DNA from: Bacteroidales bacterium
Lineage (GTDB): Bacteria; Bacteroidota; Bacteroidia; Bacteroidales; VadinHA17
NCBI GenBank assembly: GCA_036261255.1
Contig: DATALD010000012.1
Coordinates: forward strand, 17,065-81,064
DNA: 64,000 bases
Direction of reading: 5' to 3'
Position numbers and translations under genes: made by a program. The notes beneath the pieces were generated by a model. It searched no databases, had not been told where the DNA came from, and saw only the letters and a list, made by a program, of their open reading frames with translations. This document shows positions 26,444 to 36,008 of the stretch, in pieces. Within the stretch, counting starts at the first letter, position 1. The number at the start of each line of letters is the position of its first letter.

Positions 26444-29128
26444 TCATGCTTCCACATTGCTAGCCTGTTCAATCTTCTTCAATATCTCCTCCATCTCAAT
26501 GCCTTCTCCAAGAACATTCCTGAAAAGATCTCCTTCCTTCTTCAACCTGGCAATGGCATTTTTGATAGTGAAATCTGTCATTTTCATTCCTTTTTTAACC
26601 TCATCCCAGTGAAGGGGCATTGAAACAGTCGCTCCGGGTTTTGGCCTGAGTGAATAAGGCCCTGCAACAGTGGCGCCCGGCCTGTTCTGCAGGTGATCGA
26701 GATACATCTTACCATGACGTTTCTTCACAAGTCTTTCAATACTTGTATATCCGGGGATCCTTTCATGAACCATATTTACTATCAGTTTTGCAAACATCTG
26801 AGATTGATCGTATGTATATTTCGCTCCAAGAGGGATGTAGATATGTATACCGGTAGAGCCGGATGTTTTTGGATATGATTCCACTCCCAGCATTTCAAGA
26901 ATGCTTTTTGTTACCTGTGCAGCCTCAATAACCTGGTCGAAGGTGTTCTGGTCAGGATCGAGGTCTATGATGCAGAAATCAGGATTGTCTTCGGCCTGGA
27001 TGCGGCTGAACCAGGGATTCATCTCAATACTGCCAAGGTTAGCCATCCAGAGTAGGGTAGCCTCATCAGCCCCAACAAGGAATTCCTTTTTCTCTCCATC
27101 GGATGTTGTATAGGGAAATGTCCTGACCCATTCAGGTGATTTGCCTTTCACATTCTTCTGGTAGAAGCTCTTCCCATTGATACCGTTAGGAAACCTGTTC
27201 AGTGATTGAGGTCTATCCTTCAGATAAGGCACAATGAACTCCGAAACCTGGTAGTAATAATTGAGCATCTCTCGCTTTGTTATCCCTTCATCGGGCCAGT
27301 ATACTTTTGATAGATTGGTAAATTTGAGATCATGCCCGCTGATATTCTTTACCTGCGTCTCTTCGGTTGGATTCAGAAGGGTGCTCCTTGAATGCGGAAC
27401 AGGAGCTTTCACATAGCGGTTTTCCTTTTCTGAGCTTTCAACATTTCCAACAATGGCATCAACAGGTGTTTCTTTTTCTGCAACTACTTCAGCTGCTTTT
27501 TTGTCAGAGCGTAACCCCTTGAATGAAGGATGCCTGAATACTCCATCGCTCGTCATCTCAGCATAACTTACTTCACACACAAGATCCGGCTTAAGCCAAA
27601 TAGCTTTAGCTCTTGGTGGATTCGGTCTGAACCTCGAAGGCTGGTTCACATCAGGCTCCATGTCAAAGGGACTATCCTTTATTATTCTCTGATTAAAAAG
27701 TTGCATCATCTCTTTTTGCATATTTTCATTAAAGCCTGTTCCCACCTTTCCTACGAATCGCAGTTTCCCGTTCTCAAAAACTCCAAGGAGTAATGCGCTG
27801 AATAGTTTGTCTGTACCTTCATTTATCGTATATCCCCCAATAACAACTTCCTGCCTTTTATGAACTTTAATTTTGAGCCAGCTTTTAGACCTGTAGCCCT
27901 GTTGATATTTGCTATCTGATTTCTTTGCAATAATTCCTTCAAGTCCAAGGTCTCCGGCAGCCTTAAAGAAATTCCGGCCTTTTTCAGGAAAAACCTCGCT
28001 AAGCCTTATCCTGTCATCGCCTTCAAGGAAGATTTCTCTGAGGAGAGAATTTCTCTGTTCAAGAGGCAGGTTCATCAGATTCTTTCCTTCGTACCATAAC
28101 AGGTCGAAGACATACACTATCAATTCGCCATCAGCTTCGCTTCTCCAGTTCTGTAGAGAACCAAAATCAGATACACCTTTTTTATTCAGAACAACAAGTT
28201 CAGTATCGATCACAGCTCTGAATCTCCATTGTTCAAGCGATTCCCTGACAGGATAGTATTTTTCGGTGAAAGATTTTCCATTTCTTGATAAAAGCTGGAC
28301 CTTCCCATTATCAACCAATGCTATTGTCCTGAAACCATCCCATTTTACTTCGAAAAACCAGTCAGGGTCATCAAATGGGTCATCAACAAGTGTTGCAAGC
28401 ATTGGCTTGACAGTATCAGGCATTTTTGAAGATGGAGCATTTTCCAGGATCTCCGAAGCAGTGGTTGAAAGGGATTTCTCCTCTCCTGCATTTTCTTTTC
28501 TATTTTTTGATTTTCCTTTTTCCTTGTTACTGTTATGGATATTTGTACTTGTTTTTGCAACTTCTTCAATTGACTTTCCGGAAAGAACAGATTTGTTCAT
28601 TTCAGTGACATCCTGTACTGAAACCTCTTCATCTTTCATCTTCATAAGAAACCAACTATTCTCCTCCCGGTCTTTCGATTTAATCAGGGCAAACTTTCCT
28701 TTTAGTTTCTTACCTGAGAGAACAACTTTTATTTTTCCGTCTTCTATACCCTTCAGCAGGTGTTTTTCCTGTTCTTTTCTTGGCTTCCCTTGCAGATCCG
28801 CATCTTCGTAGAATCCTTCATCCCATAGGAGCACTGTCCCTCCTCCATATTCTCCCTTAGGGATAATACCTTCGAACAACCTGTAGTCATAAGGATGATC
28901 TTCGACCATCATTGCAAGCCTCCTGTCATTTGGATTTGTCGAAGGACCTTTGGGTACAGCCCAGCTCTTCAGAACTCCATCCATCTCGAGCCTGAAATCA
29001 TAATGTAACCTTCTTGCAGCATGTTTTTGTATAGCAAAGTGAAGAGGTTCTCCCTTCTTGCTGCTTCCTCCAAAAGGTTCAGGAGTTACATCCTTGTTCC
29101 TTTTCTGCCTGTATTTTTCTAGTGCCAT
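26444..29128 (-). CDS. ligD: DNA ligase D (phosphoesterase-ligase-polymerase NHEJ enzyme)
   Basis: PE domain (QKHAARRLHYDFRLE, KSWAVPKGPS, VEDHPYDY); ligase (EVKWDGFR, EGIIAK, WLKIK); polymerase (IIDLDP, KTSGSTGIHIY, YSLRP). Confidence 0.96.
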   Translation of the reverse strand: MALEKYRQKRNKDVTPEPFGGSSKKGEPLHFAIQKHAARRLHYDFRLEMDGVLKSWAVPKGPSTNPNDRRLAMMVEDHPYDYRLFEGIIPKGEYGGGTVLLWDEGFYEDADLQGKPRKEQEKHLLKGIEDGKIKVVLSGKKLKGKFALIKSKDREENSWFLMKMKDEEVSVQDVTEMNKSVLSGKSIEEVAKTSTNIHNSNKEKGKSKNRKENAGEEKSLSTTASEILENAPSSKMPDTVKPMLATLVDDPFDDPDWFFEVKWDGFRTIALVDNGKVQLLSRNGKSFTEKYYPVRESLEQWRFRAVIDTELVVLNKKGVSDFGSLQNWRSEADGELIVYVFDLLWYEGKNLMNLPLEQRNSLLREIFLEGDDRIRLSEVFPEKGRNFFKAAGDLGLEGIIAKKSDSKYQQGYRSKSWLKIKVHKRQEVVIGGYTINEGTDKLFSALLLGVFENGKLRFVGKVGTGFNENMQKEMMQLFNQRIIKDSPFDMEPDVNQPSRFRPNPPRAKAIWLKPDLVCEVSYAEMTSDGVFRHPSFKGLRSDKKAAEVVAEKETPVDAIVGNVESSEKENRYVKAPVPHSRSTLLNPTEETQVKNISGHDLKFTNLSKVYWPDEGITKREMLNYYYQVSEFIVPYLKDRPQSLNRFPNGINGKSFYQKNVKGKSPEWVRTFPYTTSDGEKKEFLVGADEATLLWMANLGSIEMNPWFSRIQAEDNPDFCIIDLDPDQNTFDQVIEAAQVTKSILEMLGVESYPKTSGSTGIHIYIPLGAKYTYDQSQMFAKLIVNMVHERIPGYTSIERLVKKRHGKMYLDHLQNRPGATVAGPYSLRPKPGATVSMPLHWDEVKKGMKMTDFTIKNAIARLKKEGDLFRNVLGEGIEMEEILKKIEQASNVEA

Positions 29129-29163
29129 CTGCTTGATATTAAGAAATTACCTTACCACAATTT

Positions 29164-29282
29164 GAGGCTGTCTCAAAAGGTGAAAATAGCCTCTTTTTTG
29201 TTGATTTTATTCGTACCCCCCTACGAGAACACTTTCAAATATTCAATCCTCCAGAAGATAAATCGACTTTTGATACATCCTC
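29164..29282. mobile_element. 119-bp degenerate MITE / IS-end remnant
   Basis: GAGGCTGTCTCAAAAGG (29164-29180) versus the reverse complement of ACTTTTGATACATCCTC (29266-29282): 14/17 match. Confidence 0.5.
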
Positions 29283-29506
29283 TGTCCAGGGTCACAATAT
29301 ATCTTATGACACAGTACGCTCTACCCAGGACGGGGTGGTTGGTTCATACAACCTCTACAACCTTTACAACACTGTAAGTACAAAACATCTACCTGATTGT
29401 TCAGATTTCCTGTTCTGTCCCCTGAATATGAACAAACAGTAAAAGGCCTTGTTATTTGGTTTTAAATACATAAGACATCTATTTCTTAATTAATTTGATC
29501 ACAGAC

Positions 29507-29854
29507 ATGAAATACACAAGGATCTATTCGGATGAAGCAGGGGAGAGCCATTTTGAAGACGTTGATATTGCTCTAAAAGAAGATGGTCCTCTTGGAATGA
29601 TGTCTGAGGTTTTCAAGGTTAATCTTCTCCAATTCAGGGAGAATGTTGCAGATTATTACTGGGATTACCATAACGCACCAGCAAAACAATTCATCATCCT
29701 TCTCGATGGAGAGATCGAGATAACAACAAGTCTCCTTGAAAAGAGACGGTTTAGCGCCGGCGATATCCTTCTCGTTGAAGATACCAAAGGCAAGGGCCAC
29801 CGGACAGAAAACGTAAACAAGAATATTAGAAAATCAATTTTTATACAGCTATGA
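29507..29854 (+). CDS. Cupin-like hypothetical protein
   Basis: YSDEAGESHFED, WDYHNAPAKQFIILLDGEIE and GDILLVEDTKGKGH. Confidence 0.75.
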   Translation: MKYTRIYSDEAGESHFEDVDIALKEDGPLGMMSEVFKVNLLQFRENVADYYWDYHNAPAKQFIILLDGEIEITTSLLEKRRFSAGDILLVEDTKGKGHRTENVNKNIRKSIFIQL

Positions 29855-30819
29855 ACAATATAACAGGCTTACACCATATTACTGCGCTGACATCTGATGC
29901 GCAAAAAAATCTCGATTTCTATGCAGGAATTCTAGGTTTGAGATTTATCAAAAGAACCGTCAACTTTGATGCACCCGATGTTTATCATCTCTACTATGGC
30001 GATGAAACGGGCACACCCGGAACTGTACTAACTTTTTTCCCTTTCCCTCACATGAAAAGAGGGAAAAAAGGCAATGGACAAGCCAGTGTTATATCATTTT
30101 CAGTTCCGACGAATGCACTTGATTACTGGATGAAAAGACTGAAGAAGTTTGGTGTCATTTTTACCTCTCCAAAGGAAAGATTCAATGAGTCATTTATTTA
30201 TTTCGAGGATTTTGATGGACTTGGTCTTGAAATAACAGCTGTCGAAGATGATGAAAGACCAGGCTTTATTCGTGGTCTTATTCCCGAAGAGTTTGCAATA
30301 AGGGGATTTCACAGTGTGACAATTAATGAGGATAGTTATAATGACACAGCTTCATTCCTGACAGAACAGATGAATTATAGTTTATTGGCAGAGGACCAGA
30401 ACAGGTTCAGATTCTCAGCCGGCAAGAATGCAGGTTTTGTTGAAATTATATTTTCACCAGGCGACCAGTATGGCATCATGGGATCTGGAAGTGTTCATCA
30501 TATAGCATTTGCAACTGACAACTTTGAATCACAGCATAAATTCAGGGAAAACCTTCTTTTTCATTGCACTGTAAGTCCTACAGATGTTATTGACAGACAA
30601 TATTTTAAATCTGTATATTTTCGTGAACCAGGAGGTGTGTTGTTTGAAGCGGCTACACAAATTCCGGGATTTACAATTGATGAGCCTGTTGAGCACCTCG
30701 GAGAGAGTCTCAAATTGCCTGTTTGGGAAGAAAAGAACAGGAACTGGATAGAAAGAAGGTTGCCGGATATTACACTTGATGTCAGAAAATATAAAGATGC
30801 CCAGGTACAAATTCATTGA
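29851..30819 (+). CDS. Ring-cleaving dioxygenase, VOC family (MhqA/MhqE/MhqO-like)
   Basis: GLHHITA, TVNFDAPDVYHLYYGD, SVHHIAF, DRQYFKSVYFREPGGVLFE. Confidence 0.92.
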   Translation: MNNITGLHHITALTSDAQKNLDFYAGILGLRFIKRTVNFDAPDVYHLYYGDETGTPGTVLTFFPFPHMKRGKKGNGQASVISFSVPTNALDYWMKRLKKFGVIFTSPKERFNESFIYFEDFDGLGLEITAVEDDERPGFIRGLIPEEFAIRGFHSVTINEDSYNDTASFLTEQMNYSLLAEDQNRFRFSAGKNAGFVEIIFSPGDQYGIMGSGSVHHIAFATDNFESQHKFRENLLFHCTVSPTDVIDRQYFKSVYFREPGGVLFEAATQIPGFTIDEPVEHLGESLKLPVWEEKNRNWIERRLPDITLDVRKYKDAQVQIH

Positions 30820-31417
30820 ACAGGGTGTAAGCTTAGACAATGCCATCAATGCTCTTGTACTTTTACATGGAAGAGGAGGCAATGCTTATGACATTATCTC
30901 GCTCGCAGATGAATTTTGCGATGATAGCTTCTATATAGTTGCTCCTGAAGCAAGCGGAAATTCATGGTATCCATATTCATTTCTTTCACCCGAAGCAAAT
31001 AATGAGCCCTGGCTTTCATTTGCACTAGGGATGCTTAATGAGCTTATTGAAAGTATTTCCCTCAAGGTAAAGAAGGAAAACATATTTCTGATGGGTTTTT
31101 CACAGGGAGCCTGCCTTTCGCTCGAGTTTGGAGCAAGGTATGGTGAAAAAACCGGTGGCATAATTGCTTTTTCCGGAGGATTGATCGGCGAATCACTTGA
31201 CAGGAACAAATACACCCGTGACCTTACAGGCACAAGAATATATATAGGCAACAGCGATATTGATCCTCACATTCCATTATCGCGAAGTGATGAATCAGCA
31301 GAATTGCTAAGACTACTTGGCGCTGAAGTGGTTTATAAAGTTTATCCTGGCATGGGACATACGATTACAGAAGAAGAGATTGAGGTTGTTAAGGAGCTGT
31401 TCTTTGTTGGGAAATAG
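30797..31417 (+). CDS. Phospholipase/carboxylesterase family alpha/beta hydrolase (MhqD-like)
   Basis: LLHGRG, nucleophile elbow GFSQG, DPHIP and YPGMGH. Confidence 0.9.
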   Translation: MPRYKFIEQGVSLDNAINALVLLHGRGGNAYDIISLADEFCDDSFYIVAPEASGNSWYPYSFLSPEANNEPWLSFALGMLNELIESISLKVKKENIFLMGFSQGACLSLEFGARYGEKTGGIIAFSGGLIGESLDRNKYTRDLTGTRIYIGNSDIDPHIPLSRSDESAELLRLLGAEVVYKVYPGMGHTITEEEIEVVKELFFVGK

Positions 31418-31616
31418 CTATTCACTTCAATTATCCGACCTCTCGCCCTCTTTCCTGGATTTAGGTAGAGGCGCGCAATGAGTTTTTTCCTTGATTTTGT
31501 TAATTTTTTTCTGAACATACTTTGATAAAATATGTTCCTGAGTGTGAATAGCATGTATCCTACAGAAGCTATTGTTCCCTTTGTTTTTCCCAGAGTCATT
31601 TCTTAACTCATAAAGG

Positions 31617-32081
31617 ATGAAAAAATTAACTTTCTTTACAGGCTTGTTTCTTGCTGTTGCTTTGATATCAAATAGTTGCAGTAAAAAAGACAGGGGTTGT
31701 ACCGACCCTGACAGTGTTAATTATGACAAGTTTGCCGAGAAAGATGACGGCAGTTGCAGGTATGAAGGCTACGCTGTAATCTGGTACGAGAGAGATACAT
31801 CTGAAGGCCTGATTGCAGATGGCGCCACAGCGCTTAAATTTTATCTTGATGATCAGCTAATCGGCTCATCCGCAGCTGGTACTTTTTGGGCCGATCAACC
31901 TGATTGCGGTGATAATGGAAGCGTTAGTGTAACAAAGGACCTTGGAAAAGAGAAGAAGAAAAAATTCACACTAAGCGTACGCGACCAGGTTAACTTCGAA
32001 TATTGGAACACACCAATCGACATGGAAGGGAATACTTGTCTTTCGATTGAGCTAACCTGGGGATCAAGAAAGAAAAAATAA
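31617..32081 (+). CDS. Hypothetical lipoprotein with a GCTD-x-DDGSC motif
   Basis: Lipobox ISNS-C; GCTDPDSVNYDKFAEKDDGSC. Confidence 0.75.
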   Translation: MKKLTFFTGLFLAVALISNSCSKKDRGCTDPDSVNYDKFAEKDDGSCRYEGYAVIWYERDTSEGLIADGATALKFYLDDQLIGSSAAGTFWADQPDCGDNGSVSVTKDLGKEKKKKFTLSVRDQVNFEYWNTPIDMEGNTCLSIELTWGSRKKK

Positions 32082-32242
32082 TGATTATGGATTCCGATGC
32101 AGTAATCTCCTTAATTGTTTTTGTAATAATTGCTTTTCTTGTGCTGAAATTCATAACAAGGGTTTTCCTGAAGCTTATATTGTTACTTATTTTGATTGTG
32201 ATTGCTTTGTTCATTATTTTTTCAGGCGGACTTCCAGGATAA
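32081..32242 (+). CDS. Small 53-aa two-helix membrane protein (below the ORF-track cutoff)
   Basis: MIMDSDAVISLIVFVIIAFLVLKFITRVFLKLILLLILIVIALFIIFSGGLPG. TAATG overlap with the upstream stop suggests translational coupling. Confidence 0.7.
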   Translation: MIMDSDAVISLIVFVIIAFLVLKFITRVFLKLILLLILIVIALFIIFSGGLPG

Positions 32243-32256
32243 ACTTCCTGAAAAAA

Positions 32257-32958
32257 TCAATCCCTAATAAGAAATTTTCCTAATAGATTAACTTCTTCAA
32301 CCGGAACAAGCTTTGCACCGTATTGATTTGTTTTCAATACTGCGAAAGCAGAAGAAAGCATTATTATCGCTATTAGTATTATGAACGCCCGGTTCAATCT
32401 GTATGTCAGTCTAATTTTATAGCCTGCAACATAGACCGAAGTTATAGAAAACTTTGTGATAGACAGATTTATTATCTGCAATATAAGTGCCGTTAATGCC
32501 GTCCGGATCGTCCACTGCAACCAGTATTCGTGCAAGCTAAGCGCTACTGATGCACGTTCATCTATCCCGGTACTCTCCGGATGATAGTAACCCGATGATA
32601 ATACTGCTGCAATAATACCTGAAACAATAAAAAGAAAGACGATCATTGCAAGGTCTCTCTTGAACAGAAATGTATTCAAAAACTGCAAAAAGGCAGCTAT
32701 AACAATAACAAGAATAGTATACAGGAAAATAAGGCGATGGAATGATGGTGATTCATAGAACTTTGTTTTAACATACAACCCTGCTGGCGACAAGTGACCG
32801 ATCTCCTCAATCTTATTGAAAATTATTCCGGTATTGTCAGGAATTGCTTTTTTCAGTGTATCAACATTTTTATCGATTATGTTAACCTGTCTGGGTTGGA
32901 ACAAAGAAAGTGATGCAAGAAATGCGATAAAGATATAGTTCAGGCATTTTCTCATCAT
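32257..32958 (-). CDS. Multi-pass membrane protein, possibly a divergent DUF2231-like domain
   Basis: Signal/TM N-terminus (MMRKCLNY...), four hydrophobic helices, His residues (FHRL, SLHEYW) and YGAKLV. Start moved to 32958. Confidence 0.55.
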   Translation of the reverse strand: MMRKCLNYIFIAFLASLSLFQPRQVNIIDKNVDTLKKAIPDNTGIIFNKIEEIGHLSPAGLYVKTKFYESPSFHRLIFLYTILVIVIAAFLQFLNTFLFKRDLAMIVFLFIVSGIIAAVLSSGYYHPESTGIDERASVALSLHEYWLQWTIRTALTALILQIINLSITKFSITSVYVAGYKIRLTYRLNRAFIILIAIIMLSSAFAVLKTNQYGAKLVPVEEVNLLGKFLIRD

Positions 32959-33070
32959 GCTGAGCTGTGTTAGTGGTGAATAAATTGTTGATAGTTGGTT
33001 GTCACTGATTAAAACAATCTTTGTAGTAAAATTGTTTACTACTCCATTTTCGGCGGAGCTACTGCACTGA

Positions 33071-33118
33071 AAAAAATGTACGTATTCGTACACAGATGCC
33101 CGTTAACGTACATTTTTT
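33071..33118. promoter_or_regulatory. Tandem enhancer (UAS) sites, TGT/TGC-N10-ACA x2
   Basis: TGTACGTATTCGTACA (33077-33092) and TGCCCGTTAACGTACA (33097-33112), flanked by A6/T6. Confidence 0.68.
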
Positions 33119-33168
33119 CTAACTATCTCCCTGACCTAATTTGCAGATAATTAATGTTATAACATGGA

Positions 33169-33184
33169 TGGCATGCCAATTGAC
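33169..33184 (+). promoter_or_regulatory. sigma54 promoter of the exporter operon
   Basis: TGGCATG-CCAA-TTGAC. Confidence 0.65.
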
Positions 33185-33210
33185 TGGTTTTGTCCGACAA
33201 ACAAAGTTAT

Positions 33211-34476
33211 ATGGATAACGTGTTGGACAGAATGGACAGAGAGATTTCACCTGAAAAGTTAAAAAGGCGTAAGATTTTCAAAATTTTAATATCAGGCTCT
33301 GTACTTATTATGATCATTGTTGCCTGGACCCTCATCTATGGATTTATTAAACCCGATCTAAAAAGATCCGAAATAAAAACAGCTATTGTTGAGCGTGGTG
33401 ATGTTTATTCAAGCATCACTGCATCGGGCATTGTTGAGGCCGAATACATGAACACTCTTCTTGCGCCTTTCTCCGCGAAGATTATAAAGATCAGAAAACC
33501 TTCAGGCAGCAGGGTTCATAAAGGGGATACTATTCTAATTCTTGACCAGGTTTCTGTTTCAGAAGAATTAAAAAACCTTAAAGATCAGTTAGCGCTTAAC
33601 ATGAATTCATACAGGCAATCGAACCTGAATGTAGATAATGAACAACTGGAGCTTGACTATCAGCTTGAGGTCAAGAAAATGAATATTGCCAACCTTGAGA
33701 CAAGCCTGCACGAAGAGGAACAATTGTTTGCTGTTGGCGGAACATCAGAGGAAAAAATAAGGAATATCAGGCAACAACTCGATCTTGCAAATAAGGAACT
33801 TACACTAGCCCTTAATCAAAATAAGATAAGAATTAATAAAACGGAGGCCGAACTTGAGGCCTTAAACCTGAATATCAGGATAAAGGAGCGCGAACTTGCC
33901 CATGGACAAAAGTTGTATGATGATTCCTGGGTTATTGCTCCCGATGATGGTGTAATTATCAGGATAAACGGAAGGGAAGGACAATCGGTTATTACCGGGC
34001 AGGAAATGGTTACTTTATCTGATCTGTCAACCTATAAACTTACCGGGAAGATTTCAGACTCAAATGCTGACAAGTTACAGACTAACGGGAAAGTGATTGC
34101 TGTTAGTAACAAAATCAGGATAGCTGGTACAATTGGCAATATCAGACCTGAAATAGAGAACGGCATGATCAAATTCGACGTTTTTCTTGAACAGAACAAT
34201 CACCCTGATCTGCATCCTAACCTGAGTATGGAACTCCAGGTTGTGACAGGAGAAAAAGCCGGGGTGCTTAGATTACCTGATGGTCCCTTCTTCGACGGGT
34301 CGAAGCAGATAGATGTTTTTGTTGTCGAAGGGAATAATGCTTATAAAAAGAAGGTTACCACAGGTCTTAACAATTTCGAATATGTTGAGATTGCATCTGG
34401 TCTGGAGGAAGGCGATGAAGTGATCATATCTGATGTTTCCAAAGTCAATCACCTTGAAACTATAAAGATTAAGTGA
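33211..34476 (+). CDS. Efflux periplasmic adaptor (HlyD/MacA-like membrane fusion protein)
   Basis: One N-terminal TM; ITASGIV, GSRVHKGDTIL, coiled coil, VIAPDDGVI, VEIASGLEEGDEVII. Start 33211 or 33232. Confidence 0.92.
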   Translation: MDNVLDRMDREISPEKLKRRKIFKILISGSVLIMIIVAWTLIYGFIKPDLKRSEIKTAIVERGDVYSSITASGIVEAEYMNTLLAPFSAKIIKIRKPSGSRVHKGDTILILDQVSVSEELKNLKDQLALNMNSYRQSNLNVDNEQLELDYQLEVKKMNIANLETSLHEEEQLFAVGGTSEEKIRNIRQQLDLANKELTLALNQNKIRINKTEAELEALNLNIRIKERELAHGQKLYDDSWVIAPDDGVIIRINGREGQSVITGQEMVTLSDLSTYKLTGKISDSNADKLQTNGKVIAVSNKIRIAGTIGNIRPEIENGMIKFDVFLEQNNHPDLHPNLSMELQVVTGEKAGVLRLPDGPFFDGSKQIDVFVVEGNNAYKKKVTTGLNNFEYVEIASGLEEGDEVIISDVSKVNHLETIKIK

Positions 34477-35978
34477 TGGAAAAGGCGACTAATCATAATC
34501 ATTGGGTCATTTTCCTCCTGGTATCATCTATGCTATCAGTTTGTCCTGCAATGCTAAGGGGAGTTGATCCTCCTGATACTCCCCTGTTTTTTACACTGCA
34601 GAATGTAATTGAAATGGCTCTTCAACAATCTCCGGAGTCGAAAAACATAAAGAACAAGCTTGATAATGCTTTCTGGAATTTCAGGAATTATAAAACATCT
34701 TTCAGGCCCAGCTTAAACCTAAGCGGCAGCCTGCCTGATTTTAGAAGTAAAAACACTCCTATAATACAACCTGACGGGTCGGTGCTATTCAGGAATATAA
34801 ACCTTAGCCAGTCGTCAGTATTGTTATCGCTGAACCAGGAGATAGCAGCAACAGGCGCCACGATTTATGCAGCCACTGATCTTGCCCGCATAGACGATTT
34901 TGAAAAGCGTACACTTGACTGGAGCAGCAGTCCTTTCCTTATTGGACTGAAGCAACCTGTCTTCGGTTTTAATAATAAACTCTGGACAAAAAAAATCGAA
35001 CCTCTCAGGTGGGAAGAGTCTCAGAAAAACTATGCCGAAGAAATGGAGCAGGTTGCCTATACTGCCACGCAACTTTTCTTCGAATCTTTAAGGGCTCAGA
35101 CAGATGTTGACCTGTCTGAATCGAACCTTAAAAACAGCCTGTCCAATCTTGAAATAGCAAATGAAAACAGGAAGCTGGGCAAGATCTCACAAAATGATTT
35201 TGACCGTATCAACCTCTCGGTTTTAAATGCAAAAAAAGCGCTGAACAAAGCTTCAATGGAACTTGAAATAGCAGAGTATAACCTAAGATCATACATAGGC
35301 TCTGACCAGCCTGAAAAAACACAGCTTGTGGTTCCTGAAGATGTTCCAAAACTTGTCATTGATATGCAAACAGCATTAGACCAGGCTTCCTCAAACCGTA
35401 AGGAATATCCACAGTTGAAGCGCCGGATGCTTGAAGCTGAACGGAACCTGAAACAGGCCAGGAAGAATAACGGGCTTAATGCCAGTCTCGACATAGTATA
35501 TGGTTTAACCAACACAGGCAAAAAGGTAAGCAACCTGCTTACGAATCCTGAAGTTCAGAAGATAGTCCAGCTTTCATTCAGTATCCCGGTACTTGACTGG
35601 GGACGTTCAGCATCCAGTGTTAAGATGGCTGAGTCGAAGAGTGAGCTAGTAAAATATGAAGTTGACCAGCAAAGCCTGCAGTTTGAAAGAGAGATCATTG
35701 TGCAGGTAGAACAGTTCAGGTTATTGTATGAACAGATTGAAACATCGGAACAAGCCGACAAAGTAGCTGAAGACGGGTATCAGATAGCGCTTAAACAATA
35801 CCAGAACGGAAACCTGGGTATAATAAATCTTAATATTGCATTGCAGGAGAGGGAACAGGCACGGCGAGATTTCATAAATTCACTTGCATCATTCTGGATG
35901 GCTTACTACAAAATAAGGATGTTGACACTATATGATTTTGAAAATAACAGGAGCCTTAAGACAGAGATAAAATATTAA
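34476..35978 (+). CDS. TolC family outer-membrane efflux protein
   Basis: TLQNVIEMALQQSP, FSIPVLDWG and QYQNGNLGIINL. TGATG coupling with the adaptor gene. Confidence 0.92.
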   Translation: MEKATNHNHWVIFLLVSSMLSVCPAMLRGVDPPDTPLFFTLQNVIEMALQQSPESKNIKNKLDNAFWNFRNYKTSFRPSLNLSGSLPDFRSKNTPIIQPDGSVLFRNINLSQSSVLLSLNQEIAATGATIYAATDLARIDDFEKRTLDWSSSPFLIGLKQPVFGFNNKLWTKKIEPLRWEESQKNYAEEMEQVAYTATQLFFESLRAQTDVDLSESNLKNSLSNLEIANENRKLGKISQNDFDRINLSVLNAKKALNKASMELEIAEYNLRSYIGSDQPEKTQLVVPEDVPKLVIDMQTALDQASSNRKEYPQLKRRMLEAERNLKQARKNNGLNASLDIVYGLTNTGKKVSNLLTNPEVQKIVQLSFSIPVLDWGRSASSVKMAESKSELVKYEVDQQSLQFEREIIVQVEQFRLLYEQIETSEQADKVAEDGYQIALKQYQNGNLGIINLNIALQEREQARRDFINSLASFWMAYYKIRMLTLYDFENNRSLKTEIKY

Positions 35979-36008
35979 TACAGTTTTGATTAAGAAAAAG
36001 CCAGTTAA

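Noticed and set aside
31342-31599. 85-aa minus-strand ORF
   Set aside because: Overlaps the esterase 3' end antisense and has no recognisable motif; cannot be supported without a homology search.
32959-33210. ORF extensions to 33093 and the TTG at 33190
   Set aside because: They fall in the enhancer/promoter region, upstream of the predicted transcription starts.
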